From Octopus sinensis (taxonomy: Eukaryota), in the NCBI RefSeq assembly GCF_006345805.1, contig NW_021829606.1, forward strand, positions 1 through 31,463: DNA of 31,463 bases. The letters are read 5' to 3'. Positions 1 to 10,684 of this stretch are shown here, piece by piece; position 1 is the first letter of the stretch; the number at the start of each line of letters is the position of its first letter. A program made the position numbers and the translations under genes. The notes beneath the pieces are model-generated. The model had not been told where the DNA came from, did not search any database, and was given only the letters and a program-made list of their open reading frames with translations.

Positions 1-431
1 ATATTCGATGTACAAGACGGAATTTGAAATTTAAAAAATCGTCCCCAAACTAGGGGTCGTCTTATATACCCCGTATAAAATCTGAACCTTAACTTCCAGT
101 GGTTTAGAGTAGCACCAATTCAAATGGAGAACCGTGTAAAACACACACATAGATCCTATGTGTCTCCAGCACAGTATTTTCTACTGATACTTATATGTAT
201 GTTTGGGAAGCCGGGTTAATAGTAAGATTATATTAAAATAACTGTACAGCAAACTTAATGGACAGACAGCAGTCGCCATTTGCAATAGGTGACGAAGAGA
301 AAATGTAAATAACCAGCCCGTTCAGCCGGGTCCCAGGGTCCGTTCTCTTTACACTACCTCGTTAGGGCGTTCTCTCATACAGCGCTCAGCCAGCCAAGGG
401 CTTTCAGGATAAGTATAGTCTACGATAAGCC

Positions 432-657
432 GGCGAGCTGGAAGAAAAGTTAGCACGCCGGACGAAATGCGTACCCGTATTTCGTCTGCCGTTACGTTCT
501 GAGTTCAAATTCCGCCGAGGTCGACTTTGCCTTTCATCCTTTCGGGGTCGATAAATTAAGTACCAGTTACGCACTGGGGTCGATGTAATCGACTTAATCC
601 GTTTGTCTGTCCTTGTTTGTCCCCTCTATGTTTCGCCCCTTGTGGGTAATAAAGAAA
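432..657 (+). mobile_element. SINE family A (tRNA-derived), long-tail type
   Basis: GGCGAGCTGG head, B-box GAGTTCAAATTCC, central GTCGACTTTGCCTTTCATCCTTTCGGGGTCGATAAATTAAGTACCAG and tail ending GGTAATAAAGAAA. Many near-identical copies occur in the window. Confidence 0.9.
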
Positions 658-758
658 CAGATAACTAACCTACCTGTTATGGCAGTTTAGCAGCATGTAC
701 TGGTACCTTTTGTGACTGGCCAGTTCGTGTCAGTCAGACCAATCGCAATAAACATTAC

Positions 759-1058
759 TGTGGAGGCACATGGCCTAGTGGTTAGAGCAGCGGACTCACG
801 GTCGAGGGATCGTGGGTTCGAATCTCAGACCGGACGATGTGTGTGTTTATGAGCGAAAACACCTAAGCTCCACGCGGCTCTGGCAGAAGGTAATGGCGAA
901 ACTTCTGCTGACTCTTTCGCCACAACTTTCTCTCACTCTTTCCTCCTGCATCTTGCAGCTCACCTGCGACGGACCGGCGTCCCGTCCAGGTGGGGAACCT
1001 ATACGCCAAGGAAACCGGGAAACCGGCCCTTATGAGCCAGGCACGGCTCGAGAAGGAA
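759..1058 (+). mobile_element. SINE family C (tRNA-derived), tail type 1, full length with TSD
   Basis: A-box TGGCCTAGTGG and B-box GGTTCGAATCTC. 13-bp TSD CAATAAACATTAC at 746-758 and 1059-1071. Confidence 0.9.
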
Positions 1059-1193
1059 CAATAAACATTACAGTTATCGGTTACTCTTAAACACTTACAG
1101 ACAGGATTTCTTGAAAAGGCTCAAGTTGTCATTCATAATCAGCAGTATTCTCATTGGGTGAACATTAATTTCCAGCAACTGTAAAATACAATC

Positions 1194-1456
1194 ATGTCTC
1201 CAAGTGATAAAGGAGGGAAATATAAAGCTGGTTTTAAACTGATAGTGGTAGCATACGCTACGTTCCACAACTGTGGTGCTGCGAGAGAGTACGGTGTAAC
1301 CGAGAAAACTGCAAAAGTTTGGAGATTAAAAGAAGACTTAATAAGGAATATATCCAGGACAAAATGTGCAACGAGAGGAGCACCACACACTGGCCGATTC
1401 TAGAGAAGTATGTCCATGAGCAGCGTCAAAATGGATGCGTTATTCAAGACCAATAG
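1194..1456 (+). pseudogene. pogo/Tigger-like transposase N-terminal remnant (Brinker-type HTH followed by the start of a CENP-B-type HTH), frameshifted and truncated
   Basis: ORF 1194-1403 (KYKAGFKLIVVAYATFHNCGAAREYGVTEKTAKVWR) resembles the pogo/POGK N-terminal HTH. A shifted frame from 1391 reads WPILEKYVHEQRQNGCVI, matching the WPxLE...EQRQNG segment of these transposases. The GTACAAGACG/CGTCTTATATAC inverted pair at 9-69 looks like a pogo subterminal repeat. Confidence 0.7.
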
Positions 1457-1652
1457 TCTCGGGGAAACAAGACAAAGATTACAAATTAAATAAAATACTG
1501 GCAGTGTAGTTTATAATAACATTTCTGATATATTACAACATAATATTATACATACCGTAAGGAAATCTGTAAATCTGTAAATTCATTTCAAGTAAAAGGT
1601 GTCATTGTGGTATACTTGACGCCATGTTAGTTCCTGTAAAATAAACGATATA

Positions 1653-1817
1653 GGCGCAGGAGTGGCTGTATGGTAAGTAGCTTGCTTACCAACCACATGG
1701 TTCCGGGTTCAGTCCCACTGCGTGGCACCTTGGGCAAGTGTCTTCTACTATAGCATCGGGCCGACCAAATCCTGGTGAGTGGATCGGGTAGACGGAAGCT
1801 GAAAGAAGCCCGTCGTA

Positions 1818-1910
<93 letters not shown>

Positions 1911-2125
1911 CGTGTGTGTGCATGCGTGTGTGTGTGTGTGTGTGTGTCTGTCTGTGTTTGTCCCCGCAACATCGCTTGACAACCGATCCTGGTGTGTTTG
2001 CGTCCTCGTAACTTAGCGGTTCAGCAAAACAGACCGATGGAGTGGGTGCTAGGTTTACAAAGAATAAGCCCTGGGGTCGATTTGCTCGACTAAAGGCGGT
2101 GCTCCAGCATGGTAACAGTCAAATA
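1653..2125 (+). mobile_element. SINE family B (tRNA head, CORE-like domain, internal (TA)n(TG)n, 3' module)
   Basis: GGCGCAGGAGTGGCTG head, GGTTCAGTCCC B-box, CORE-like CACCTTGGGCAAGTGTCTT, central microsatellite and 3' GGTGCTCCAGCATGG. Repeated at 11529, 12811, 16294, 17405 and 30283. Confidence 0.9.
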
Positions 2126-2568
2126 GACATACTGGAATGTTTACCGGCTGATGTCTGTCGATTTTATATCCTCTCTGTTTTCTCACTTGCCGTATAAATC
2201 AAGGGTAAACCACTCGTTTACTCCCGCCTATATATATACTCAATTGCGAGATTGCTATGCAATAACTATCACTTGGCTATGAATAATTGGGCACATTACC
2301 AGCAGTATATTGGATAGGTACTATCCCTTAGTTGGTTTCTCAACCTCTAACTCGCACAGAAATATGTGTGTGTGTGTGTGTATGTATGTATGTAAATTTC
2401 CCGGATTCTAGAGATTCAGGTACTTAGATAGTGAATGCACTAAGATCAGGCCGGTGATAGCGCTACCGTATACTAAAGCTGTATAAGGACAAATACGTAC
2501 AACTGAAGTAAAATCGGATTTGTTCTCCAGTTAAATCATACATTCACAAATGAACACTGAGCATTATA

Positions 2569-3944
2569 TTGGGTTGTCTGGAAAGTTCGTGCCGATTTAT
2601 AGTAGCTTACCTTTCGACTTATTTTAGAACATGATTGAGTCCATAAAATAGGATTTGACTATACCTCCATTTGTAGATGATATAGCGCTACTTTCACAAA
2701 CATATAGCCAAATGCAAAATAAAACGTCAAAATTAGAAGCAATAACTGCCAAACTAGGATTGAAACTCAACCGCGACAAATCAAAAATTATGCACGTTAA
2801 TGAAGAAAACAGCGAACGTATTAAACTAGAAAACAGTGAACTAGAGGATGAAGCCAAGTTTACATATTTAGGTAGTAAGATAACGTTTTCTGGCGGCACC
2901 GACGAAGGTATTAAGACGAGAATAAGTAAGGCAAGGACCGCTTTTCACCTGTTAAAGAAAGTATGGAGCCCAAGAGTAATTTCAATAAAGAACAAAATAA
3001 GAATTTTTAACACTAACGTAAAAGCGGTGTTATTGTATGGGGCTGAGACATGGCGAACAACAGTTAAGTCAAATAAGCAAATACAATCATTCATCAAACA
3101 GTGCTTGCGTAGTATACTTAAAATTAGATGGCCCGAACACATAAGCAATATGGAGCTATGGCAAAGAACAAATGAAGTTTCGATTAGAGAGCAAATACTT
3201 AAGAAAAAGTGGAAGTGGATTAGTAGCACAATTAGAAAAGACACAAAATGTAGCGAAAAGTGCTTTACAGTGGAAACCGGATAGATATAGAAAGAGAGGT
3301 AGGCCTAAGAACTCGTGGCGGAGATCAACACAAAAGGAACTAGAGAAAGGGGGACATTCATGGCAGAGGATAAGTACAGAAGCGAAAAATTATGCAACAT
3401 GGAATTCAACTATAAGTGACCTATACTCTGCGTTGGAGGGTTAAAGGCATAAAGAAAGAAAAGAAAGAATACCTCCATTTAGAGCACAGTTTAAGCTATC
3501 TTTTCGTGGGAGAAGGTTTATGTTCCTATAACCTGTGTTAATTCTGTAACCCTTTAAAATGGAAGATAAAAAAGTTCATTTTCGGCACTTGATGCTTTGG
3601 GAACCAGACAAAAATTGCTGCAGCTCGGCTGGGATGTGTTATTCCACCCTCCATATTCACCAGATATTGCTCCTTCGGATTTCCATTTATTTAGGTCTCT
3701 GCAGTATAGTCTTATTGGTAAAAAATTTCAATTCCTTTGGTTGACGTAAAAAGATACCTTGATGAATTCTTTGCCATGAAACCACCTCAATGCTGGGAAG
3801 AGGATATTTTCAAGTTAAAGGAAAGATGGAGACGCATTGTGCAACAAAATGGTTCATATTTGGTTGATTAAAAATGTAATGGCAAGTATTTATTTACGTT
3901 ATTCTTTCTTTTAAAAATCGGCACAAACTTTCCGGACAACCCAA
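2569..3944 (+). mobile_element. Internally deleted mariner element, interrupted by an RTE LINE fragment
   Basis: 30-bp terminal inverted repeats (TIRs) TTGGGTTGTCTGGAAAGTTCGTGCCGATTT (2569-2598) and 3915-3944, with 2 mismatches, flanked by TA. The transposase start MEDKKVHFRHLMLWE is joined to LGWDVLFHPPYSPDIAPSDFHLF and the C-terminus ...KERWRRIVQQNGSYLVD*. Confidence 0.92.
2673..3468 (+). mobile_element. 5'-truncated RTE-clade LINE (reverse transcriptase (RT) C-terminal part), frameshifted
   Basis: VDDIALL...FTYLGS...VLLYGAETW...RSILKIRWPEHISN...RKRGRPKNSWRR is a typical RTE ORF2 C-terminus. It has a (GAAA)n tail and a 12-bp TSD ATACCTCCATTT at 2661-2672 and 3469-3480. Confidence 0.93.
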
Positions 3945-4469
3945 TACAATGTGTCATCAAGGTCACACATGGATACACTCACTGCACCTACAGCACCGCC
4001 GCCTATAGTCACCCGATCCAAGCGAATTGCAGGTTCCAAGTTATATGTGTGGGTGTGTGTGAAACAATTACACAGTTGTCATTACTTTCCTTTGTACCAC
4101 CAACTTGAATTCGCAACGATCTGTATTTCTGTAGAAACAATCTGCTCAAATCTTTCAATATGATGATTGGAAGGCGAACAAGCGGCTCTTCAAGGTGAGT
4201 TCTGTTGTGCTCATCTGGAAGAATTGGTGAGATGGATGGTGGAACCAACGAATGACGGTGTTGTCTTAGACAACCAAGCGTTTTACTTTTCGTAAAAGCA
4301 AGCGCATGCGCAGATTTATTTGGGAAAGAAAGAATTCTGTGTGATAGGCGGTGGTCGGAGGGTGATAATGTAATGGGAGTTAACCAATAGTTTGGCTTTT
4401 TCAAAATTAGTCACGTACGCAATTAAATAATATAAATTATATATTCATGTGTATGCGTTGTATATATAC

Positions 4470-4521
4470 ATATACATTCAAATATATAGACACATACACA
4501 CAAATATGTAAACGTATCATG

Positions 4522-4571
<50 letters not shown>

Positions 4572-4675
4572 AATACATACATATATATGTGTATGTGTAC
4601 GTATGTATGTATGTATGTATGTATGTATGTATGTATGTATGTATGTATGTATGTATAGATATATGTATTCATATA
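4470..4675. repeat. Compound (TA)n/(TATG)n microsatellite
   Basis: Directly visible. Confidence 0.95.
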
Positions 4676-4678
4676 TGA

Positions 4679-4976
4679 GTGGAGGCCCAGTGGTTAGGGC
4701 AGCGGACTCGCGGTTGTAGGATCGCGGTTTCGAGACCGGGCGTTGTGAGTGTTTATTAAGCGAAAACACCTAAAGCTCCCCGAGGCTCCGGCAGGGGGTG
4801 GTGGCGATCCCTGCTGTACTCTTTCACCACAACTTTCTCTCACTCTTTCTTCTGCTGGCCCGCTCGCTTTGCCAGCGGGTGGGGTCATTCGAAGGATAAA
4901 ACAGTGCGAAGCGCATTGTGACCAGCGATGTGTAGCAACATCTGATAGCCTGGTCGGTCACGATGATCACGGTGAT
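4679..4976 (+). mobile_element. SINE family C, tail type 2
   Basis: Shares the tRNA head and about 130-bp body (to CAACTTTCTCTCACTCTT) with 759 and 14295, then has a different 3' part ending GGTCACGATGATCACGGTGAT. Confidence 0.85.
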
Positions 4977-4997
4977 ATGTATATATGTATATATATA

Positions 4998-5037
<40 letters not shown>

Positions 5038-5117
5038 GCACACACATACATATGCATCCATATATGCATACAGACTTATGTACACATAGACACACACACA
5101 CATACACACATATATAT

Positions 5118-5167
<50 letters not shown>

Positions 5168-5272
5168 TTATAATAAATAAACATGCATATATATTCGTAT
5201 ACAGAAACGCATACGTACATAAATTCATACATAGACGCGTAGATACATTCATCCATTCATCCATCAATCCAT

Positions 5273-5310
<38 letters not shown>
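4977..5310. repeat. Compound (TA)n/(CA)n microsatellite tract
   Basis: Directly visible. Confidence 0.95.
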
Positions 5311-5312
<2 letters not shown>

Positions 5313-5641
5313 ATTTGGCCCAACTCCAGTCAAAATAATGATTTAGCGTTAAAGTCATGACGAAATGTGAAATATGTTTTTCTTTTCCCTTTTTTCTTCT
5401 ATCTTTTCGTTGGCTTCGTGCCTGTTCTGTGGATCCTCACGACGCCTTTTTCATTTTCTACCATTTATGGTGCCTTTATGTCAGTGGGTGGGGTGATTAT
5501 GTTAGCGATAAACCCAAATATTAGTGGTGATGGTCGTGGTGGTACCGGCAGATCGTTGTTTATACTCGAAATATCTTAGTGATGAATGTAATCTGTGTTC
5601 TAGTCTCTAGGACTACCCTTGATGAGCTGACAAACCTTTCC

Positions 5642-6059
5642 GGATCTTTTCGGTTTGAACGGCAGTTTTTAACATAATTTCTAGGTAACTAAAAAATTTT
5701 AAACTTCCTATACTGGTAGAATGTGTTTATAAAACATCTTTTTCTCTTGGCTTTATTGAGAAAATTCTATGGTTTGTAAGATATTTGTTGTTCTTTTTTT
5801 CTTCAATTTCTGCAATTTCACCCAATCAGTGACGTCTATTGAGTTAAAAAACATTCTGTGTCGTATGAATATGTCCCTCGTTTAAGAAACAGATTGGGTT
5901 TATTTACATTTGTGAAGAAAAAAAGATACCCTTCCCCCACCCCTAACCCTAACCCTGAAACAGATTGAAATGCAATAGATCGATACTAGGGTCATAATTA
6001 TGGGTGACAATTTCATATGACACCACTAGAAAAAACTGCCGTTCAAACCGAAAAGATCC
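5642..6059 (+). mobile_element. MITE family 1 (GGATC TIRs, 8-bp TSD; Merlin-like)
   Basis: TIR GGATCTTTTCGGTTTGAACGGCAGTTTTT at both ends. TSD ACCTTTCC at 5634-5641 and 6060-6067. Internal CCCTAACCCTAACCCT. The superfamily assignment is inferred. Confidence 0.9.
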
Positions 6060-6127
6060 ACCTTTCCTCGAAGACATTTCTGGCCGGGGCACCCGCTCCC
6101 CCACACAAATTTAATGAATCGTTTATT

Positions 6128-6325
6128 TGTTTCAGTTATTGAAATGTGGCCATGCTGGAGCACCGCTTTGAAAGGTTTAGTCGAACAAATCTGCCCCAGT
6201 ACTTTTTTTTATAATTTATGTTCGTCTGATACTTATTCTAATGCCCATTTTTGCTGAAACGCTAGGTTACGAAAGCGTAAACAAACCAACATTGGTTGTC
6301 AAGCGGTGGTGGAAACATACAAAAA
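6128..6325 (-). mobile_element. Diverged 3' half of SINE family B
   Basis: TTTCAGTTATTGAAATGTGGCCATGCTGGAGCACC...GGTTGTCAAGCG matches the reverse complement of the family B 3' module and runs into a (CA)/(TA) tract. Confidence 0.75.
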
Positions 6326-6414
6326 TTCAAACTCACACACTCACACACTCACGCACACAGGCGGACGCACACACACATATACATACATACCTATATACAT
6401 GCACACATACATAA

Positions 6415-6527
<113 letters not shown>

Positions 6528-6539
6528 ATATAATATATA

Positions 6540-7477
6540 CTAGCTTAAGGTGACCCGTGGAGCGGGTCACCTTAAGCGGTTCGCCAAAGGAGATCTATAA
6601 ATTAAGTTAGCGGTTCGCAAACGGAGTTCGATAAAATAACTTAGCAGTTCGCCAAGGAAGATCGATAAGATAACTTAGCGGTTCGCCAAGGAAGATCGAT
6701 AAAATAACGTAGCGATTCGCCAAAGTAGATCGAAAAAAGAAGTTAGCGGTTTACAAAAGGAGATTGATAAAATAACGTAGCGGTTCGCCAAAAGAGATCG
6801 GTTAAATAACCTAGCGGATCGCCAAACGAGGTCGGTAAAATAACTTAGCGGTTCGACAAACGTGATTGATAAAATAACTTAGCGGTTTGCCAAACGTCAT
6901 GGATGAGATAACTAGCGATGCGCCAAAGGAGATCGATAAAATAACGTAGCGACTCGCCAAAAGATATCGATAAAATAAAGTAACGGTTAGCCGAAAGTGA
7001 TCGATAAAATAAATTAGCGATTCGCCAAACCTGATCGATAAAATAACTTAGCGGTTCGCTAAACGAGGTCGATAAAATGACTTAGCGATTTTCCCATCGA
7101 GATCGATAAAATAACGTATCGGTTCGCCAAATGAGATCGATAAAAAAATTTATCAGTTCGCCAATCGAGATCTAAACTAAATAAATTGTTGAATAAAAAA
7201 AAAAAGCTAATATGATTTATTTAACTAATAAATCTGACCTATTGTTTACAATAGGCCTAGCGGATAAGTTCAAATGAATTAGCCAATTGGAAATAGCTCA
7301 TGTTTTAAAATGACCGCTCCCTAACCCCCAATATATTTTTAAATATTTAATTTGCATAAAACTTAAGCATTAACTTTGTGGATTAAATTCAGCTTTGACA
7401 TAGAGTTTGGAATTACTATTTTGGATTTTAAAATTGAATTTGTTCGCGTTACATGGATGTATTAAGTAATATCTAGA
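6540..7477 (-). mobile_element. Putative non-autonomous Helitron carrying a minisatellite
   Basis: The minus strand ends in a GC-rich hairpin (perfect 15-bp stem 6543-6557/6563-6577) followed by CTAG|T. A candidate 5' end A|TCTAGATATT lies at 7477; this boundary is uncertain. Confidence 0.55.
6572..7175 (+). repeat. 34-bp minisatellite, about 18 units, consensus TAACTTAGCGGTTCGCCAAA(A/G)GAGATCGATAAAA
   Basis: The TAGCG core recurs at about 6572, 6607, 6641, 6675, 6709, 6743 and onward to about 7150, with period 34 and no unique spacers. Confidence 0.95.
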
Positions 7478-7651
7478 TTAGGATTATCTGATTTATATAC
7501 TTATACACATATATTTTGTTTGTGCATGCATACATATGTATATGTATGAATATATATATTTTGAACCTTGTATCATGAATTTTTGTTATGTTAGTAGACA
7601 TTAGTATAGTATGTATGATCTGCTGAGGATTATCGTTAAAGCAATAATTTT

Positions 7652-8575
7652 GTCGACTTTGCCTTTCATCCTTTCGGGGTCGATGAAATAAGTACCAGTT
7701 ACGCACTGGGGTCGATATAATCGACTTAATCCATTTGTCTGTCCTTGTTTGTCCTCTCTGTGTTTAGCCCCTTGTGGACAGTAAAGAAATAGGTATTTTG
7801 TCTGCCGCTACCTTCCGAGTTCAAATTCCGCCAAGGTCGACTTTGCCTTTCATCCTTTCGGGGTCGATAAATTAAGTACCAGTTACGTACTGGGGTCGAT
7901 GTAATCGACTTAATCCGTTTGTCTGTCTTTGTTTGTCCCCTCGATTTTTTGTCCCTTGTGGGCAATAAAGAAATAAGAATTGTTAGCACGCCGGGCAAAA
8001 TGCTTAGCGCTATTTCGTCTGCCGTTACGTTCTGAGTTCAAATTCCGAGGAGGTCGACTTTGCCTTTAATCCTTTGGAGGTCGATAAATTAAGTACCAGT
8101 GCAACAGTGGGGTCCATGTAATCAACTAGTCTCCTCCCCCAAAATTTCAGGCCTTGTGCCTGAAAAGATTTTTATCAAGGCGGCGAGCTGGCAGAATCGT
8201 TAGAACGTTGGGCGAAATGCTGAGCGGTATTTCGTCTGCCACTACGTTCTGAGTTCAAATTCCGCTGAGGTCGACTTTTCCTTTCATCCTTTCGGGGTCG
8301 ATTAAATAAGTACCAGTTACGCACTGGGGTCGATATAATCGACTTAATCTATTTGTCTGTCATTGTTTGTCCTCTCTGTGTTTAGCCCCTTGTGGGTACT
8401 AAAGAAATAGGTATTTCGCCCGTCGCTACGTTCTGAGTTCAAATTCCGCCGAGGTGGACCTTGCCTTTCATCCTTTCAAGATCGACAAATTAAGTACCAT
8501 TTGAGTACTGGGGTAGATGTAATTGACTTGTGTCCCCTTCCGAACTGGCGTTGTGCTCGGATCCAAAATCATTAT
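7652..8575 (+). mobile_element. Cluster of five SINE family A units (long-long-short, then long-short)
   Basis: Units at about 7652-7791, 7792-7975, 7976-8165, 8178-8409 and 8410-8575. Junctions AAAGAAATA|GGTATTT at 7792 and 8410. Confidence 0.9.
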
Positions 8576-8813
8576 TATTGTTGCTTTTGTTGTTAACGTT
8601 CTTTTACAGCTTGTTGGTGTTGCTTCTAGTATTGAAGAAATGTTCTTGCTGTTCAGCGCCGTGTTAAAATCGATCTTATAGACGTATGATCAAAGAAAGC
8701 ATTCCAACTTTGACCATTCCGTCTTTTAGTCTAACATTGCTTTTAAGATTACATTACTTAACGTATCCTACATTTCTTAAAGACAGTAGTTTGTGAGTTG
8801 AGGAAGATTTGGC

Positions 8814-9219
8814 GGATCTTTTCGGTTTGAACGGCAGTTTTTTCTAGCGGTGTCATATGAAATTGTCACCCAAAATTATGACCCTAGAATCGATCTATTG
8901 CATTTCAATCTGTTTTAGGGTTAGGGGGAAGGGTATCTTTTTTTCTTCACAAATGTAAATAAACCCAATCTGTTTCTTAAACGCGGGACATATTCAAACG
9001 GCACAGACTGTTTTTTACCTCAATAGACGGTCATTGATTGGTTGAAATTACCGTAATGCAAGAAATTAAAAACCAAATATCTTACAAACTATAGAATTTT
9101 CTCAGCGAAGCCAAGAGAAAAAGATGTTTTATAAACACATTCTACCAGTATACGAAGTTTAAATTTTTTTAGTTACCTAGAAATTATGTTAAAAACTGCC
9201 GTTCAAACCGAAAAGATCC
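8814..9219 (-). mobile_element. MITE family 1, opposite orientation, inserted in an older repeat
   Basis: Same TIRs as 5642. 8-bp TSD GATTTGGC at 8806-8813 and 9220-9227. Confidence 0.92.
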
Positions 9220-9269
9220 GATTTGGCTACTATTTCTAGCAAGTCGAACAACCACTAAATGATCCATCC

Positions 9270-9570
9270 TTGACTCCTATTGTTATTGCTATCGTTGTTC
9301 CCATTGTTGATACTTTTGTTGTTGTGCAGTTGTTTTTGTTATTGTTATTATTAATATTGTTTTTCTGCTTCTCTTGTTGCTATTAACACTGTTGCTGCTG
9401 CTGTTTCTGTTGTTGTTATTGTTACATTTGTTAACATTATTGCTGTTGTTGTTACTGTTTCTCTTATTATTGCTATGGCCATTGTTAAACAGTTGTCTTT
9501 ATTGTTGTTGTTGTTGTTATTACTCCTGTAGCTGTTGTTTTTGTTTTGTATTTTACCTTTTGTTTTCTGT
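9270..9570. repeat. Degenerate (GTT/GCT/ATT)n trinucleotide tract
   Basis: Directly visible; it produces the poly-Leu ORF 9374-9580. Confidence 0.85.
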
Positions 9571-10497
9571 CTCCAATTGACGTCAGAAATACTAATTCCT
9601 TAGCAATAATTTTTAAAACTAATTCCTTTTCACCTAAATTCTTGTTACAGTCCAAAGTCGCCATTTAAAATAAAATATTGTAATTAATTATTTAATTGGT
9701 TCGTTACTTTAGCTTAAAAGTACATGATGTAAAGTACATTTCCTAAAATGTATGATTTGAAGTAAATTTTCGGAGATACATAATTTAACGTACATTCTAC
9801 AAATTTTCTCTTCTTGCTGTTAGTTACACGCTGCAAAAGAGTAATCTCTAAGTACATCTAAAATTAGATTTATTTGAAGCACGTGCATGCTGTAAAATGT
9901 TTGTTTTAAAGTACATTTAATAAAATAAGTTTATTTTAAAAGTGCATTACAAAGAAGATTTTGCTGGGATGTTTGATTCAAACTTACATTTTGCAAAATA
10001 GGTTTGTTTTAAAGGAAATTTGTGAAAAAAAAGATTAAATATAATGGCGTGAAATTAATATTTTAGAGTACATATATTGTAAAAGTTTTTGTTTCAAAAT
10101 TTTCAAAATTAATTTTTTCTTTATAGAAGATACTTTACTATGTTTTTTGATACGGGTTTTAAATGTTAAAACAAAGTCTCAAAATATTAAAAAATGTTTT
10201 TGAACGCCTCGGGAGGAAAGTTTCCAATCCATGCCCTACCATAATGCAAAATTACTTTTTCGTTTAAATTTTTAAAAGATTCAATTTAACTGTTTTCATA
10301 TTTGCCAGCACAAAACGTAACTGGATTCCTAAGGGTTTGCTTTATTGTTCTCTTAGAAACGTATCTAACAAAAACTTTTGCTTAAAAACGGAGTTTTAGA
10401 ACAAATGCTCTTTTGAAAATTCGAGATTTCCTTTTTTAAAAATATAAAATTAAAAGAAATATTTTGATATTGCTTTAAATACGTCTTGAATATGTGT

Positions 10498-10560
<63 letters not shown>

Positions 10561-10684
10561 TTGGTGCCGGTTATATTCTCCTCCCTGCACGTGCTACCTG
10601 TAGTGCAGTCTTTGTTGTTGCTGCTGGTGCTGGCGTTGCTGTTGTTATTGCTGATGTTGTTGTCGTCGCTATATATAACCAACA

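Noticed and set aside
759-835. tRNA gene (also at 4679, 14295, 19080, 22549)
   Set aside because: A and B boxes are present, but there is no convincing full cloverleaf and each continues into a repeated SINE body, some with TSDs.
812-1090. 92-aa ORF and similar ORFs at 4749, 7726, 12839, 13003, 14378, 18201, 30458
   Set aside because: They lie within SINE copies and recur as near-identical peptides wherever the SINE occurs.
2655-3284. Functional reverse transcriptase gene
   Set aside because: It is 5'-truncated at the catalytic motif and frameshifted near 3255. The listed start lies in mariner/TSD sequence.
4437-5346. ORFs rich in IYIY/HTHT/VCVC (also 1627-2011, 6296-6553, 15202-15566, 19904-22772, 25713-27379)
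   Set aside because: They are translations of stop-free dinucleotide microsatellites.
5938-5956. Telomere or interstitial telomeric array
   Set aside because: Only 2-3 CCCTAA units, and they are a fixed internal part of MITE family 1 (also near 8915 and 29645).
6572-7175. CRISPR-like array of about 34-bp units
   Set aside because: The units are contiguous with no unique spacers, there are no cas genes, the context is eukaryotic, and the unit matches SINE family B.
9374-9580. Poly-Leu/poly-Cys ORF resembling a signal or membrane peptide
   Set aside because: It is a translation of a degenerate (GTT/GCT)n tract.
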